A stretch of DNA of 64,000 nt from Pseudomonadota bacterium (lineage in GTDB: Bacteria > Bdellovibrionota_B > Oligoflexia > Silvanigrellales > Silvanigrellaceae), in assembly GCA_039799905.1 (NCBI GenBank), contig JBDLRP010000021.1:32001-96000 (forward strand). The letters are read 5' to 3'. Positions 19,495 through 29,577 of this stretch are shown piece by piece. The stretch's first letter is position 1. Every line of letters begins with the position of its first letter. The notes beneath the pieces were generated by a model that saw only the letters and a program-made list of their open reading frames with translations, was not told the origin of the DNA and searched no databases. The position numbers and the translations under genes are program-made.

Positions 19495-21689
19495 TAATCC
19501 TTCCTCCCCGAATCTTTTCCAGCCTGCACGTCGCTTTGCGGTTGCATATTCCCCGGCATCGACGTCTCGGCTTCCTGCGCAAATTGCGCATTATGTGACG
19601 CCTGCCTGCCAGCTTCAGCAACAAGTTCAGCTCCGGCGAAACGCTCAGAACGCTCAAAAAACCGACCCTGACCGCGATTTTCCAAATACAAAACCGACGT
19701 TGCGCCGACCCCGAGGTCCTGCGGAGTCGTACGGAGTTCCCTCGGATAGGGCTGACTCGTCAAGAAATATTCGAGAATTTCTAAAAAACGTGGGTTGGGC
19801 TGTGGAACCCACCAATGTCGCAACGGAATTTTATAGACGTCGAACGACGTCAGCTGATGTTGGGCAAAATCGCTCTCGCTGCTGTCCAAAAAGACGACGT
19901 CAAACGCATCGGCCGCGGCTGCGTCTGCGGGTTTAACAAAGTCGTGCCTCGGCAAATCGTGGACGTACCAAGCAAAAGGCCAGGTCGCTTCGCCGTGCAT
20001 GGTCACCCTGGGCTTCTGTTGGTGTTCCCTCGAAAGAGCCACCCACCGCTCGCGTACCTGTTTGACCATCGGAGTGGTCTGAGTGAACACCAGCCGCTCG
20101 TTCGGGTTCGCAGCACTGCCGAATGAGACCCGAATGGCTTTGAAGGCGGAGAAAATCATTAAAACGCCCGTAAGGTAAGCGAAAACCCGTCCTCCGCCAC
20201 GATGCCATCTAGTTTCCCAATCGTAGACAGCGTTTCTGACTTCAGATGATTTCGCTACCGTGAGGGAGTCAATCCAAATCCGCCCGCTTTCCAGAATACG
20301 ACCAACCTCAAGACCCGCAAGAACAACGAGCGGAAGCAAAACATAGACAAGCAGCCACGGGACTTTTTCGCCTACATACGAATACACTCCGACCGCACCA
20401 GTTGCCCACCACCACAAGAACGCATCCAGCCTTCGCCTCAACAAAACCGAGGCCATGAATGCGAACGCACCCAGAGTAACCGTGGCTAAAATCTGCAGCA
20501 AATGACGCGAGTGGGCGATATGAAGCAGCTGTGAAAATTTTTCGACCGCATCACCGAGCGCTCCGGGCGCAGCGCGGCGCAGGCAAAATTCACCAATTGA
20601 GCAACCATCCTGCGTGAAGCCCACACGCGGGAGGAACAAAACAAACATGACAACCGAAGCCGAGACGGCAAAAACAAGCCTCGGTCCGGAAAAGACACTC
20701 AGCGGAAAACGCAGTGCGGCACCCGCAGCTGAAAGAGCGGCGAGGCGAACACTCCGATACCATCCCGCAATCAAGGCTGGAATCAATGCGAACTCATAGT
20801 TGAAAATCAACGGAGAGTGATAATCGAAAGGTCCGTCGATGCGCCGCTTTTGGTTTTGCTCCCACCAATAAAGAAGACTCTCGCGGTACAAGCCATCAAG
20901 AATTCCATGCAGGGCACCTTTTGAGTGTCTAAAGAAACTTGAATAAAACAGAACAAAGACGACAACAAAAACGAGTGCACAGTTGACCCACAGGGCAATT
21001 TTCTCAGACGTGGACATCACTGGCAGCGAGTGGTCGGTTTTTCCATCATAAAGAGCTGACGACTTGAGTTTCGTCAGCAATACAATCGCAGCCGCACCCA
21101 AAAGCCAGATGAAAAGGTGAAGGTAGGAATTTTCCTTGTTGCAGAACTGCAGAGCCAAAAAAACACTGCTGCAAACCGCCATCCATGCCTGTCCTGTCCA
21201 GCGGAATCCGAAAAACCCTGCAAGCGAGCAGGCAATCCAAAGCGAATTGAAGGCGTCTTCGCGGAGGAATCTGCCAAAGTACATGAACGTTGGACTGAAC
21301 AACAAAAACAAAGAAATGGCAGCGGCAGCTGCGGAGCCGATCTTTTTTCTCCAAAGCAGTGGCAAAAGGACAATGGCGATTCCGCAAAGAGCTGCCGGCA
21401 GTCGTGCTGTTGTCTCGCCAGCGCCAAACACTTTCATGAATGCGCCGACGAAATAGTACAGGACAGGGCCATGCAACAATGCGCTGTACTCATGCGGATG
21501 GCCCTGCGCCACCCTATTGGAATAATAAGCGTGCAGGCTTTCATCGTGATGATAGGGTTTATCATTTAAAAATAAGATTCTGCTCAGTCCTGCGAAAACG
21601 GCAATCAAACCGCAGAGGGTCAACCAGACTCTGCCACTTCGCAGCCAGTTCGTGGTAATGTCGTTCTCAGTTGAGTCATTCGACGACAC
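19494..21689 (-). CDS. TIGR03663/Agl23-like GT-C fold membrane protein
   Basis: HHDESLH...HGP, FGRFLRED, KENSY, EKVPWL, WPFAWY; GTG start with AAGGAG RBS. Confidence 0.8.
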   Translation of the reverse strand: MSSNDSTENDITTNWLRSGRVWLTLCGLIAVFAGLSRILFLNDKPYHHDESLHAYYSNRVAQGHPHEYSALLHGPVLYYFVGAFMKVFGAGETTARLPAALCGIAIVLLPLLWRKKIGSAAAAAISLFLLFSPTFMYFGRFLREDAFNSLWIACSLAGFFGFRWTGQAWMAVCSSVFLALQFCNKENSYLHLFIWLLGAAAIVLLTKLKSSALYDGKTDHSLPVMSTSEKIALWVNCALVFVVVFVLFYSSFFRHSKGALHGILDGLYRESLLYWWEQNQKRRIDGPFDYHSPLIFNYEFALIPALIAGWYRSVRLAALSAAGAALRFPLSVFSGPRLVFAVSASVVMFVLFLPRVGFTQDGCSIGEFCLRRAAPGALGDAVEKFSQLLHIAHSRHLLQILATVTLGAFAFMASVLLRRRLDAFLWWWATGAVGVYSYVGEKVPWLLVYVLLPLVVLAGLEVGRILESGRIWIDSLTVAKSSEVRNAVYDWETRWHRGGGRVFAYLTGVLMIFSAFKAIRVSFGSAANPNERLVFTQTTPMVKQVRERWVALSREHQQKPRVTMHGEATWPFAWYVHDLPRHDFVKPADAAAADAFDVVFLDSSESDFAQHQLTSFDVYKIPLRHWWVPQPNPRFLEILEYFLTSQPYPRELRTTPQDLGVGATSVLYLENRGQGRFFERSERFAGAELVAEAGRQASHNAQFAQEAETSMPGNMQPQSDVQAGKDSGRKD

Positions 21690-21728
21690 AGACGTTCTCC
21701 TTGTTACAATCTCCTCGGAGCAGATTCT

Positions 21729-23147
21729 TTGAACAAAACAATACCATATCAATTGGACTCCGAGGTGTCTGCAAACCCACATGTGTCTGCAGCCCGTCGG
21801 ATTTGTCAGGTTCTGCGTCAATCTGGCCACACTGCTTTTTGGGTGGGCGGTGCGGTGCGGGATCTGTTGCTTTCCCCCAAGACAACACCCAAAGACATCG
21901 ATATCGCAACCGATGCTGCTTTCGATGAAGTCCGTCGATTGTTCCCGCATACGCGAGCCATCGGAAAGGCCTTCGGCGTCGGTCTTGTCAGCGATGGAGT
22001 CTTCTCTTTCGAAGTTGCGACGTTCCGCAAAGAATCAGATTATGCGGACCGACGACATCCAAGTTTTGTTGGCGTCGGAAGCATGGCAGAAGACAGCGAT
22101 AGACGCGACTTTACCATCAACGCCCTGTATTTCGACCCTATCGATGAAACGATTGTCGACTTTCACGGCGGACTGGACGATTTGCAAAATCGTATCATCC
22201 GCTGTGTTGGTCGTCCGGAAATCCGCCTGCATGAGGATCCTCTTCGGATCCTACGTCTTTATCGTTTTGCCGGAAATCTTGGATTTCACATCGCCGAGGA
22301 AACCGACCTTTCGGCAAAGTCACTTTCAGCCGAGCTCAAATACGTCAGCAAAGAGCGTGTGATATTGGAGATCTCGAAACTCAGGGCAGAGAGCATTCCC
22401 CAGTTCACAGAAAGCTTACGCCCGTTTCTAAATTCCCTCATTGGCAAGGCAGAGCACGGAAGGCTTTCTCAAGGTGAGCCTGATAAGACATCTATTCAAA
22501 AAAATTCTGTCGCATTAAATAATCCGGGAATGTTGTTTGCGCTGATGTGTGCAGCCAACGAAGGGTTTGCATCCCGCAATTGGCCGCAGACTTTCAAGAG
22601 CTGGCCGTTTTCACTTGAAGAAAAGGCTCAGCTCGAATTTTTTCAGCGCATGGGAGATCACCGCTTTTCTCTTCCCGACACCGCGGATGAGCATGCATGG
22701 CGAAAATTTCTTGAAGCTGTGCGCTGGCTGCAGCGCCAGGCACGCCTGACAGCGGATGTGTTTTTGTGGCTTTGCTCGCAGTCGATCCCATCCACCCCAG
22801 ACGAAGAATTATTTTTGCAAAAACTTCACTTGCATTTGCAGTCTCGGGTGAATTCAGGGCAAATTGCCCCAACAACACCATTCAGCGAGGCGTTGGAGGC
22901 ATTAATCCGAAGTAAAGCAGCTCCACTCCGGGAAAAAGTGTGCCGCGGACTGAATGGCGATACGGCAGGGCCTGTTACTGGCTTAGCCCGACTGCTTGTA
23001 GACAGCAGTCTTCTGCTCAACGAAATTGGCCTTTCGAACGCTCTGAGCGTTTCATTTCTTTCATGTGAATCAGATGAAAAAATCGCATCGCTGCGCGCGA
23101 CAGCGATGCGATGGTCTGGCTTGGAACCCGAAAAGACAAAGAACTGA
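21729..23147 (+). CDS. cca: CCA tRNA nucleotidyltransferase / poly(A) polymerase family
   Basis: VGGAVRD, DIDIAT, EVATFR, RRDFTINAL, EDPLRILR. Confidence 0.88.
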   Translation: MNKTIPYQLDSEVSANPHVSAARRICQVLRQSGHTAFWVGGAVRDLLLSPKTTPKDIDIATDAAFDEVRRLFPHTRAIGKAFGVGLVSDGVFSFEVATFRKESDYADRRHPSFVGVGSMAEDSDRRDFTINALYFDPIDETIVDFHGGLDDLQNRIIRCVGRPEIRLHEDPLRILRLYRFAGNLGFHIAEETDLSAKSLSAELKYVSKERVILEISKLRAESIPQFTESLRPFLNSLIGKAEHGRLSQGEPDKTSIQKNSVALNNPGMLFALMCAANEGFASRNWPQTFKSWPFSLEEKAQLEFFQRMGDHRFSLPDTADEHAWRKFLEAVRWLQRQARLTADVFLWLCSQSIPSTPDEELFLQKLHLHLQSRVNSGQIAPTTPFSEALEALIRSKAAPLREKVCRGLNGDTAGPVTGLARLLVDSSLLLNEIGLSNALSVSFLSCESDEKIASLRATAMRWSGLEPEKTKN

Positions 23148-23148
23148 C

Positions 23149-24768
23149 TCAGGGTGTCTGGCTGTTCTTAAGCGCAGCGAAAGCCTGTGGCGTTGTGCTG
23201 CGTGTATGACGGCGTGTTATTGAACCTTGCGAAACAAAGTTCAGGACGTACCATTTGCCGCCAGCCTTTGCGTTTGTACCGCTTGCACCATCACCGCCGA
23301 AAGGCTGTTGATTGACAACCGCACCCGTTGTCTTGCGATTGACGTAAAAATTTCCTGCAAGCTGGGAGAGAGTCGGCACAGCGCGCTCGAGGAACGTTTC
23401 GTTCCTGCTGATGACAGAGCCGGTCAGACGGTAAGGATGTTGCTCGATGATACGAACCGCATCTTCGAGAGTTTTGTACGTGCGAATCGCAGTCACTGGC
23501 CCGAAGATCTCGACGGCCAGAAGATCATGCTTGTCGCTATTCACCTCAATCAGCGTCGGCTCTATGTAGTAGCCCTGCGAGTCATCGGCCTTACCGCCGG
23601 CGATTATCGAACAATTTTTATCATTCTTGGCATTTTCAATTGCCAACTTAATTTTATCAAAAGCTCGCTGATTGATGACCGGACCCAAATCAGCCCTGCG
23701 CTCAACGGGATTTGTCATCAGCTGAGACTGAGTCTGTCTGACCAATTCTGACTTGAGCGCAGGCCATACCTTCTCGTCTACCAAAACAACACTGTTGGCT
23801 GAGCACTTTTGTCCGCTGCGTCCGAACGCTCCCTGCACGATTGCCTGAGCAGTATCGATCACATCGATGTCGGCATCTGCAACAAGGAAATCCTTCCCGC
23901 CCGTTTCAGCAATGAAGCGGGGGAAATTTGCGCGTGGAAAATCTGTGTTGAAAAGATAGTTCCCGAAAATGCGCGCGGTGTGGAAACTGCCTGTGAAATT
24001 CAGGCAGTTCAGCTCCGGATGACGCAAGACGGCCGGAAGACAATTGGGACCTTCGCCGGTCATGAAGTTGATAACACCCTTCGGAAATCCCGCTTCCTCG
24101 AGCGCCAGCATCAACAAATAACTAGTTAGAACCGCATCGCTGCTCGGCTTCCAAACCACCGTGTTGCCAGTCAGTGCCATCACCAAAGGCAAATTGTAGC
24201 CAATCGCAATCGGAAAGTTAAATGGCGTCACCGCCAGCGTAAAACCTTTCAATGGCCTCAACTGAAGCTGGTTTGTTTCCATTGGACCGTCGCCCAGGCG
24301 CTCTGCCAGCAATTCGGAATAGAACCAGTTGTTGAATCGGACGAAGTCCATCAGTTCAGCCCAGCTCGCCGAACATTCGTTCGCCGTATAACCGCATTCA
24401 ACGGCAGCTGTGGCGCATGTCTGGTATTTCCACTTTGACAGCACTGCTTCAAGATCGCGAAACTTCTGCAGACGTGTCGCCGGAGAAAGTGCAGCCCAAG
24501 CGGGTTTTGCGGCCAAAGCAGCGTCGATTGCCAATTGCGCGTGAGCAGAGTCGGCTTCCTGAAAAGTACATACGAGCTGCTTTGTCGCAGGATTCAGGCT
24601 CTTGCCCTTCTGCTTTGAGAAAATTTTCTGACCGCCGATGATCATCGGAATTTCAAGACCGAGAGGAATTTCCTTCGTTGCAGCCTCGAACTTTGCCCAT
24701 GCGCTTTCGGTATCGCGGATATTCTCAATAGGTTCGTTGGCCGGCTTGACCATGGAAAGGACGTTCAT
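23149..24768 (-). CDS. pruA: L-glutamate gamma-semialdehyde (P5C) dehydrogenase
   Basis: PFNF, FTGS, ETGGKDF, GQKCSA, EIFGP, TGAVV.QQPFGG..SGT. Confidence 0.9.
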   Translation of the reverse strand: MNVLSMVKPANEPIENIRDTESAWAKFEAATKEIPLGLEIPMIIGGQKIFSKQKGKSLNPATKQLVCTFQEADSAHAQLAIDAALAAKPAWAALSPATRLQKFRDLEAVLSKWKYQTCATAAVECGYTANECSASWAELMDFVRFNNWFYSELLAERLGDGPMETNQLQLRPLKGFTLAVTPFNFPIAIGYNLPLVMALTGNTVVWKPSSDAVLTSYLLMLALEEAGFPKGVINFMTGEGPNCLPAVLRHPELNCLNFTGSFHTARIFGNYLFNTDFPRANFPRFIAETGGKDFLVADADIDVIDTAQAIVQGAFGRSGQKCSANSVVLVDEKVWPALKSELVRQTQSQLMTNPVERRADLGPVINQRAFDKIKLAIENAKNDKNCSIIAGGKADDSQGYYIEPTLIEVNSDKHDLLAVEIFGPVTAIRTYKTLEDAVRIIEQHPYRLTGSVISRNETFLERAVPTLSQLAGNFYVNRKTTGAVVNQQPFGGDGASGTNAKAGGKWYVLNFVSQGSITRRHTRSTTPQAFAALKNSQTP

Positions 24769-24794
24769 TTTTTACCCCAAAGTAGACTGTGGTC

Positions 24795-26096
24795 TTAATT
24801 GACTGCACGTCCTTCTTTAGAGGCTTGCGAGCGGGGCTGCAACCATTCGGACAACGTCCTCACCTGATTTTCGGCAGGCAGGAAAAACTCGAGGCTTGGC
24901 GAGAAGTGTCGTTCTTTCAGATATTGACGCGCATACGGAACAAACTCGGACAGGCTCATGGGCCGCGATTTGTAACCGGTGCTGCGGTTGTGGGTCATAA
25001 GAGGCGTAAAAACCAGCCGGTAATGATGGGTTGCACCCGTCTCATCGGGCTGCTCGCGTGTGCAAAATTCAGCATGGGTGCCAAGTGCGAATTTTGCGTC
25101 CCGCGACAATGATGAAAACAAAAAGTTACCAACTCCATAGACGATTGTACCGTCGGAATAATCCGCGTCTATTTTTTGTGCGACATGGGCATGATGACCG
25201 ACCACAAAATCGGCACCTGCCTTGAGCACCATTTTTGCGTACTCTTCCTGGTGCGGCTTAATCGATGGTTTAAGTTCATCACCCCAGTGAAAAACTACAA
25301 CGATAAAGTCGGCCTGATGCCGAACCTGTGCGATGATCTCTTTGACTGCCGAAGCAGCCGGAAACGCAACTCCGGCGCGCTTGCTGCCGGCCCACGCCTC
25401 GGCGGGATAAGTCGTTGTCAGTGAAAATACCGCAATCTTTGTTCCATTCTTTTCCATCCACATCGGCTGAAGCGCGGCATTCAGATTGGAGCCGATGCCT
25501 GCGTAATGACCGCCTGCCTTCTTGATTGCCGCCGATGTGTCCTGAGCACCCGCCCAGCCAAAATCCATCGAGTGATTGTTCGCACGCGTAAAATACTTTA
25601 CTCCCGCCGCCGTCAGCCATTGCGCGCTGTCGGACGCCTGCTTCAGCGCAAAGGGAAACTTGGGATATTCGCGTTTGTTTAATGACGTGATGTTGCCCTC
25701 AAAATTGACCACATTGAAATCGGCCCAATTGAGCAGCGGCTGGATATTTTCAAAGATTCCTTGTTTGAGGCCCGCTGCAGCACCGTGCGGAGGAACCCAA
25801 AAATCTCCAAAAAAACTGACCTTGACCGGGTCTTCGCAGGACAAATCCCAGCTCACTTTTTTTTGCATTGAAACCGACGTCGATGCCTTTGGAAGAGTGA
25901 GCGCCTTGGCGCGAAGTTCGGTACGGGCGGGTTCAGGTTGACTTTTGCCCAGACTGACACCGGGCAGCAAATGGTAGCGAACGTTCACGTCGGCCAACAG
26001 AATCTCAGTCTGGGCCGCCGCCGATTGCTGCAAAATCTGGGGCAATGCTGCGCAAAGAGACAAAGCGCCGAGGCGCTGAAAAACAGCGGCACGCAT
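24795..26096 (-). CDS. CapA family metallophosphoesterase-fold protein
   Basis: GD, NFEG, ANNHSMDFG, HWGDE, GHHAHV, YGVGNF. Confidence 0.88.
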   Translation of the reverse strand: MRAAVFQRLGALSLCAALPQILQQSAAAQTEILLADVNVRYHLLPGVSLGKSQPEPARTELRAKALTLPKASTSVSMQKKVSWDLSCEDPVKVSFFGDFWVPPHGAAAGLKQGIFENIQPLLNWADFNVVNFEGNITSLNKREYPKFPFALKQASDSAQWLTAAGVKYFTRANNHSMDFGWAGAQDTSAAIKKAGGHYAGIGSNLNAALQPMWMEKNGTKIAVFSLTTTYPAEAWAGSKRAGVAFPAASAVKEIIAQVRHQADFIVVVFHWGDELKPSIKPHQEEYAKMVLKAGADFVVGHHAHVAQKIDADYSDGTIVYGVGNFLFSSLSRDAKFALGTHAEFCTREQPDETGATHHYRLVFTPLMTHNRSTGYKSRPMSLSEFVPYARQYLKERHFSPSLEFFLPAENQVRTLSEWLQPRSQASKEGRAVN

Positions 26097-26268
26097 ATCT
26101 CCTCCCTTTGGACTGTCCCATCAATGTCTTCAAACATCCTGAAATAAGGTTAACACATCAAAAAGAAGCCCCAGTCGCAAAAGTCTGCGCCGGTGTGACG
26201 ACAAATTGGCAGGAAATTAAGTACGGGAATCTAGGCCAGTCCGGCTGATGCCACAAATGCGGTTGACG

Positions 26269-26910
26269 TCAGCCCTCGCCTGACGGAGCAGAGTCCGCTT
26301 CATTCAGGCTATCTAGGCTTATGATATGTCTCATTTTTTGAATTTTTGTCCGCAAATACCGGCTGTTTTCCTGCTGAACGGAAGGCAGAACTGGAATTCG
26401 CTCGACGACCCGCACACCAGCCTGCTCAAGAGCTTCCATCTTATCGGGATTATTGGTCATCAGGCGAATCTGCCGCACTCCGCAAACATCGAGAAGCTCG
26501 GCCGCAACTGAAAAATTACGCTCGTCCGGCGCGTAACCAAGTGCAATGTTCGCTTCGACAGTATCCAAACCTTGGTCCTGCAGACAGTAGGCTTTGAGTT
26601 TCGCAGAAAGACCGATGCCTCTGCCTTCCTGACGCAGGTACAGCACTGCCCCGCACCCCTCACGCGCAATGGCCTGCAATGCGTCGGCCAGCTGCTGACC
26701 ACAATCGCAGCGCAGCGAGCCAAATACGTCACCCGTCAGACATTCGGAGTGGAGCCTTACAAGCGGAGCAAAACCCGAACGATTCCAGGCGCCCATCCAA
26801 AGCACGAGGTGCTCTTTCCCAGAGCCGGACTCTTTGTACAAAGAGAGCTCGAAAGGGCCCCATAGAGTGGGCAGTCGGGTTGTTGAAATGTGCTCGATCG
26901 TTGCCATCAA
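26269..26910 (-). CDS. ribA: GTP cyclohydrolase II
   Basis: RLHSECLTGD..GSLRCDCG, QEGRGIGL, TNNPDK. Confidence 0.96.
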   Translation of the reverse strand: MMATIEHISTTRLPTLWGPFELSLYKESGSGKEHLVLWMGAWNRSGFAPLVRLHSECLTGDVFGSLRCDCGQQLADALQAIAREGCGAVLYLRQEGRGIGLSAKLKAYCLQDQGLDTVEANIALGYAPDERNFSVAAELLDVCGVRQIRLMTNNPDKMEALEQAGVRVVERIPVLPSVQQENSRYLRTKIQKMRHIISLDSLNEADSAPSGEG

Positions 26911-27081
26911 AAACCAGCTTTCATGCAGAAACAGGCTGTTGCACCGCGAGCTTTCGATAATTCACAATTAAATTGGGAACAAGTGAATTCATAAAGAAAA
27001 AACTCTGGCGTCTGACGACGCTCTCTGATAGCCGGTCAAAAGATCTGAAAATAAAAATCTTTGACCGCTCGCTGAAAGAGG

Positions 27082-28182
27082 ATGGCGCTCACCCGTATGA
27101 GAACGTTATCAAAAAAAACCAACAGGCAGATTTCTGCACAAAGTGGTTCTCTTTTGCTGGGTCTTGCGCTTGCCGCCCTGCTTTGCCAATCGGCAGTCTT
27201 GTGCAGCACGGGCTATCTGAGCGGTTTTGGCTGGGCATTGTTGGCAAGTTTGGCCGGATGCTTTTTTACGACGTTGACTCATTGGAGTGAACTCATCCGC
27301 ACCCCCGTGCCTGAACTGCGGACTTGGAAACGGGCTGCGTTTGCCGGAATCCTTTTGTCAGCAGGTCTCGTCGCGCTTGGTCACTCGCTAACATTTCAAC
27401 ACCCCGCGGCACTGAACACACTCGCCCTGGCCTTCATTCCCTGCAGCCGAGCGCTCTGGAGGCGACTGTTTGTCGGTGATGCCCTGACTTCTTCTGGCGA
27501 ACGGTGGGGTGCATTTTTACTCCTAATTTCCGCGGCAGTTTTTCTTACTGATGAAGCTGCCGCTGTTTACGCAGCACTCAAGCTTGCACGGGTGACACTG
27601 GCCGCGGGCAATCTCGATCAACTGTTTCTGCCAGAACTGCCGCGCACATTCGCTTTTTCAGCCGCGCTTCTTTTCGGCGCGGCATCAAGTCTACAGAACC
27701 CTCAAAACCGCACTATCTCCAGCCGAACTTTCTGGACAATTCCCACGGCAATCTCGGCCATCGTGTTGAGTGCCTGCGGATGGCTCGCCATTCATATCTT
27801 TGGATCGCGGGCAATCGTCATGGGCCCGATAGAAACCCTGCCAGTGCATCGATTATTAGCATTCACACCCGCGATACTTTTCGGGGTTGTAATGTTGGGC
27901 ATGCGCCCCCAGCTCCACATTCGCAACTCACTGCGCATCGGTCGCGACATGACACATTGGTGGCAGTTCCTTGGACTGATGTGCGGTCTCGCAATTGTGC
28001 TGGTTCTGGATTCCTCCGCCAGCGTCAAGAACTCCGAACTGTTGCTGATTGTCATGCTCTTTGCAGGACAAATCCTCGGCCTGCGCATGAGCCGCCCAGT
28101 CATTACGTTTGCGCCCACGCTTGCTTCCGTGCCAATATCTGCGCCAGACGACCAGCAAGCACTGACAAGCAATCAGAACTAA
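27082..28182 (+). CDS. Polytopic membrane protein, possibly a divergent DMT/EamA transporter
   Basis: About 10 hydrophobic segments; no catalytic motif recognised. Confidence 0.55.
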   Translation: MALTRMRTLSKKTNRQISAQSGSLLLGLALAALLCQSAVLCSTGYLSGFGWALLASLAGCFFTTLTHWSELIRTPVPELRTWKRAAFAGILLSAGLVALGHSLTFQHPAALNTLALAFIPCSRALWRRLFVGDALTSSGERWGAFLLLISAAVFLTDEAAAVYAALKLARVTLAAGNLDQLFLPELPRTFAFSAALLFGAASSLQNPQNRTISSRTFWTIPTAISAIVLSACGWLAIHIFGSRAIVMGPIETLPVHRLLAFTPAILFGVVMLGMRPQLHIRNSLRIGRDMTHWWQFLGLMCGLAIVLVLDSSASVKNSELLLIVMLFAGQILGLRMSRPVITFAPTLASVPISAPDDQQALTSNQN

Positions 28183-28202
28183 CCCGCAGGTAAATCTTAA
28201 TC

Positions 28203-28745
28203 ATGAAGCTTCAAGCCCGATCGATTTGCATCTTCTGCGGTGCACAACAGGGGAACTCAGCCAGCTTCCGAGAGGTGGCACGAGAGGTTGGACTGCTGCT
28301 CGGGCAGAAAGGCATTCGCCTTGTTTACGGGGGCAGCAAGGATGGACTGATGGGCGCTGCAGCCGATGGCACATTGGCGGCAGGTGGTGAAGTTTTGGGC
28401 GTTCTGCCGGAAAAACTTGCCAATCGAGAGCTTGCCCATGCACGAATTCAAAAACTCGTGACGGTACAAACCATGGCCCAGCGAAAAGACGTTCTGATTG
28501 GCGAGGCTGATGCTTTTCTGATTCTGCCGGGCGGACTCGGCACCTTGGATGAACTCTTTGAGGTCCTTACGGCAAACACTCTCGGATTCACTGCAAAGCC
28601 GGTCGTCGTCCTCAATACCGACGGCTATTACACCGGTCTCATTGAATGGCTTGAACAAATTTCCAGTACGGGACTCAGCAAAGCTCCTCATGAACTGTTC
28701 ACCGTTGTGAACGACCTGCCGGCACTGGCACAACTGCTGGCGTAG
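28203..28745 (+). CDS. LOG family nucleotide phosphoribohydrolase (TIGR00730)
   Basis: LVYGG..GLMG, M..RK, PGGLGTLDE. Confidence 0.92.
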   Translation: MKLQARSICIFCGAQQGNSASFREVAREVGLLLGQKGIRLVYGGSKDGLMGAAADGTLAAGGEVLGVLPEKLANRELAHARIQKLVTVQTMAQRKDVLIGEADAFLILPGGLGTLDELFEVLTANTLGFTAKPVVVLNTDGYYTGLIEWLEQISSTGLSKAPHELFTVVNDLPALAQLLA

Positions 28746-28825
28746 AACAATCGCCGCGGACTTGCAGCTATCGAACATCTCAGGCAAGTTTGCACACAGA
28801 ATTGCTCGCACTCCGGAGCCCAAAG

Positions 28826-29569
28826 ATGAACAAACCAGCTGGCGTACCTACGCCCGTTATAAAGTCGATTGCAGAATTTTGCCGCCGGCGTTCGGTTTTT
28901 TCCGGCTTGGCCGTTGTTGCTCTTCTTCCTTGCCGCAGCTTTGCGCAGTCAGGGGCGGGCACAGGTGCCGACGCCCTCGCTGCCGAATTAAAAAAGCTGC
29001 AGTCAAAAGCGGAAAAATTTGATTCCTTCAGAGTCAAATTCGAACAGCAGGTTTTCAGTGCACTGCGCCGCAAGACAACAAGCAGCCAAGGAACCCTTGC
29101 CTTCACGCAGCCACGTAAATTTCGCTGGGAAATCGATTCGCCCAAAAAGGAAGTCTACGTCAACAACGGCCAATGGTTTTGGAAGTACGTCGAAAGCACA
29201 AAGCATGCTGTGCGGCTGCCTGCTGATTCAGGCGACCTCGAATTTCTCGACGTCATTTTTGCGCTCGACAAAATCCAGAACAAATACAAACTGCAAAAAA
29301 TTTTAAGAACAACGGGAATCGACGGCAAGGCAGCCAAAGACTGTCCGCAGAATCACACCTGCATCAGCTTGGAACCACTGCAAAGTGGACAACAAAAAAA
29401 CATCGAGCTGGCGGTCGATCAGTCGAACGGTTTTGTCAGCATGGTGCGCATCGATTTCCGTAACGGCAACCGGACCATGATCAATTTTTCCGGAATTAAA
29501 CAGGGAAAAATAAGTGTAGACACTTTTGAATTCAATCCACCGCCGGGCACGGCAGTGGACAAGAAGTAG
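28826..29569 (+). CDS. lolA: Outer membrane lipoprotein carrier LolA
   Basis: F.Q......G.L....P.KFRW....P; C-terminal FEFNPPPG; start uncertain. Confidence 0.82.
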   Translation: MNKPAGVPTPVIKSIAEFCRRRSVFSGLAVVALLPCRSFAQSGAGTGADALAAELKKLQSKAEKFDSFRVKFEQQVFSALRRKTTSSQGTLAFTQPRKFRWEIDSPKKEVYVNNGQWFWKYVESTKHAVRLPADSGDLEFLDVIFALDKIQNKYKLQKILRTTGIDGKAAKDCPQNHTCISLEPLQSGQQKNIELAVDQSNGFVSMVRIDFRNGNRTMINFSGIKQGKISVDTFEFNPPPGTAVDKK

Positions 29570-29577
29570 GCGGAAAA

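Noticed and set aside
21690..21950. Long N-terminal extension of the TIGR03663-like ORF
   Set aside because: Overlaps cca on the other strand; a GTG with AAGGAG RBS at 21689 is a better start
26911..27081. FMN riboswitch upstream of ribA
   Set aside because: No RFN-element conserved sequence recognised
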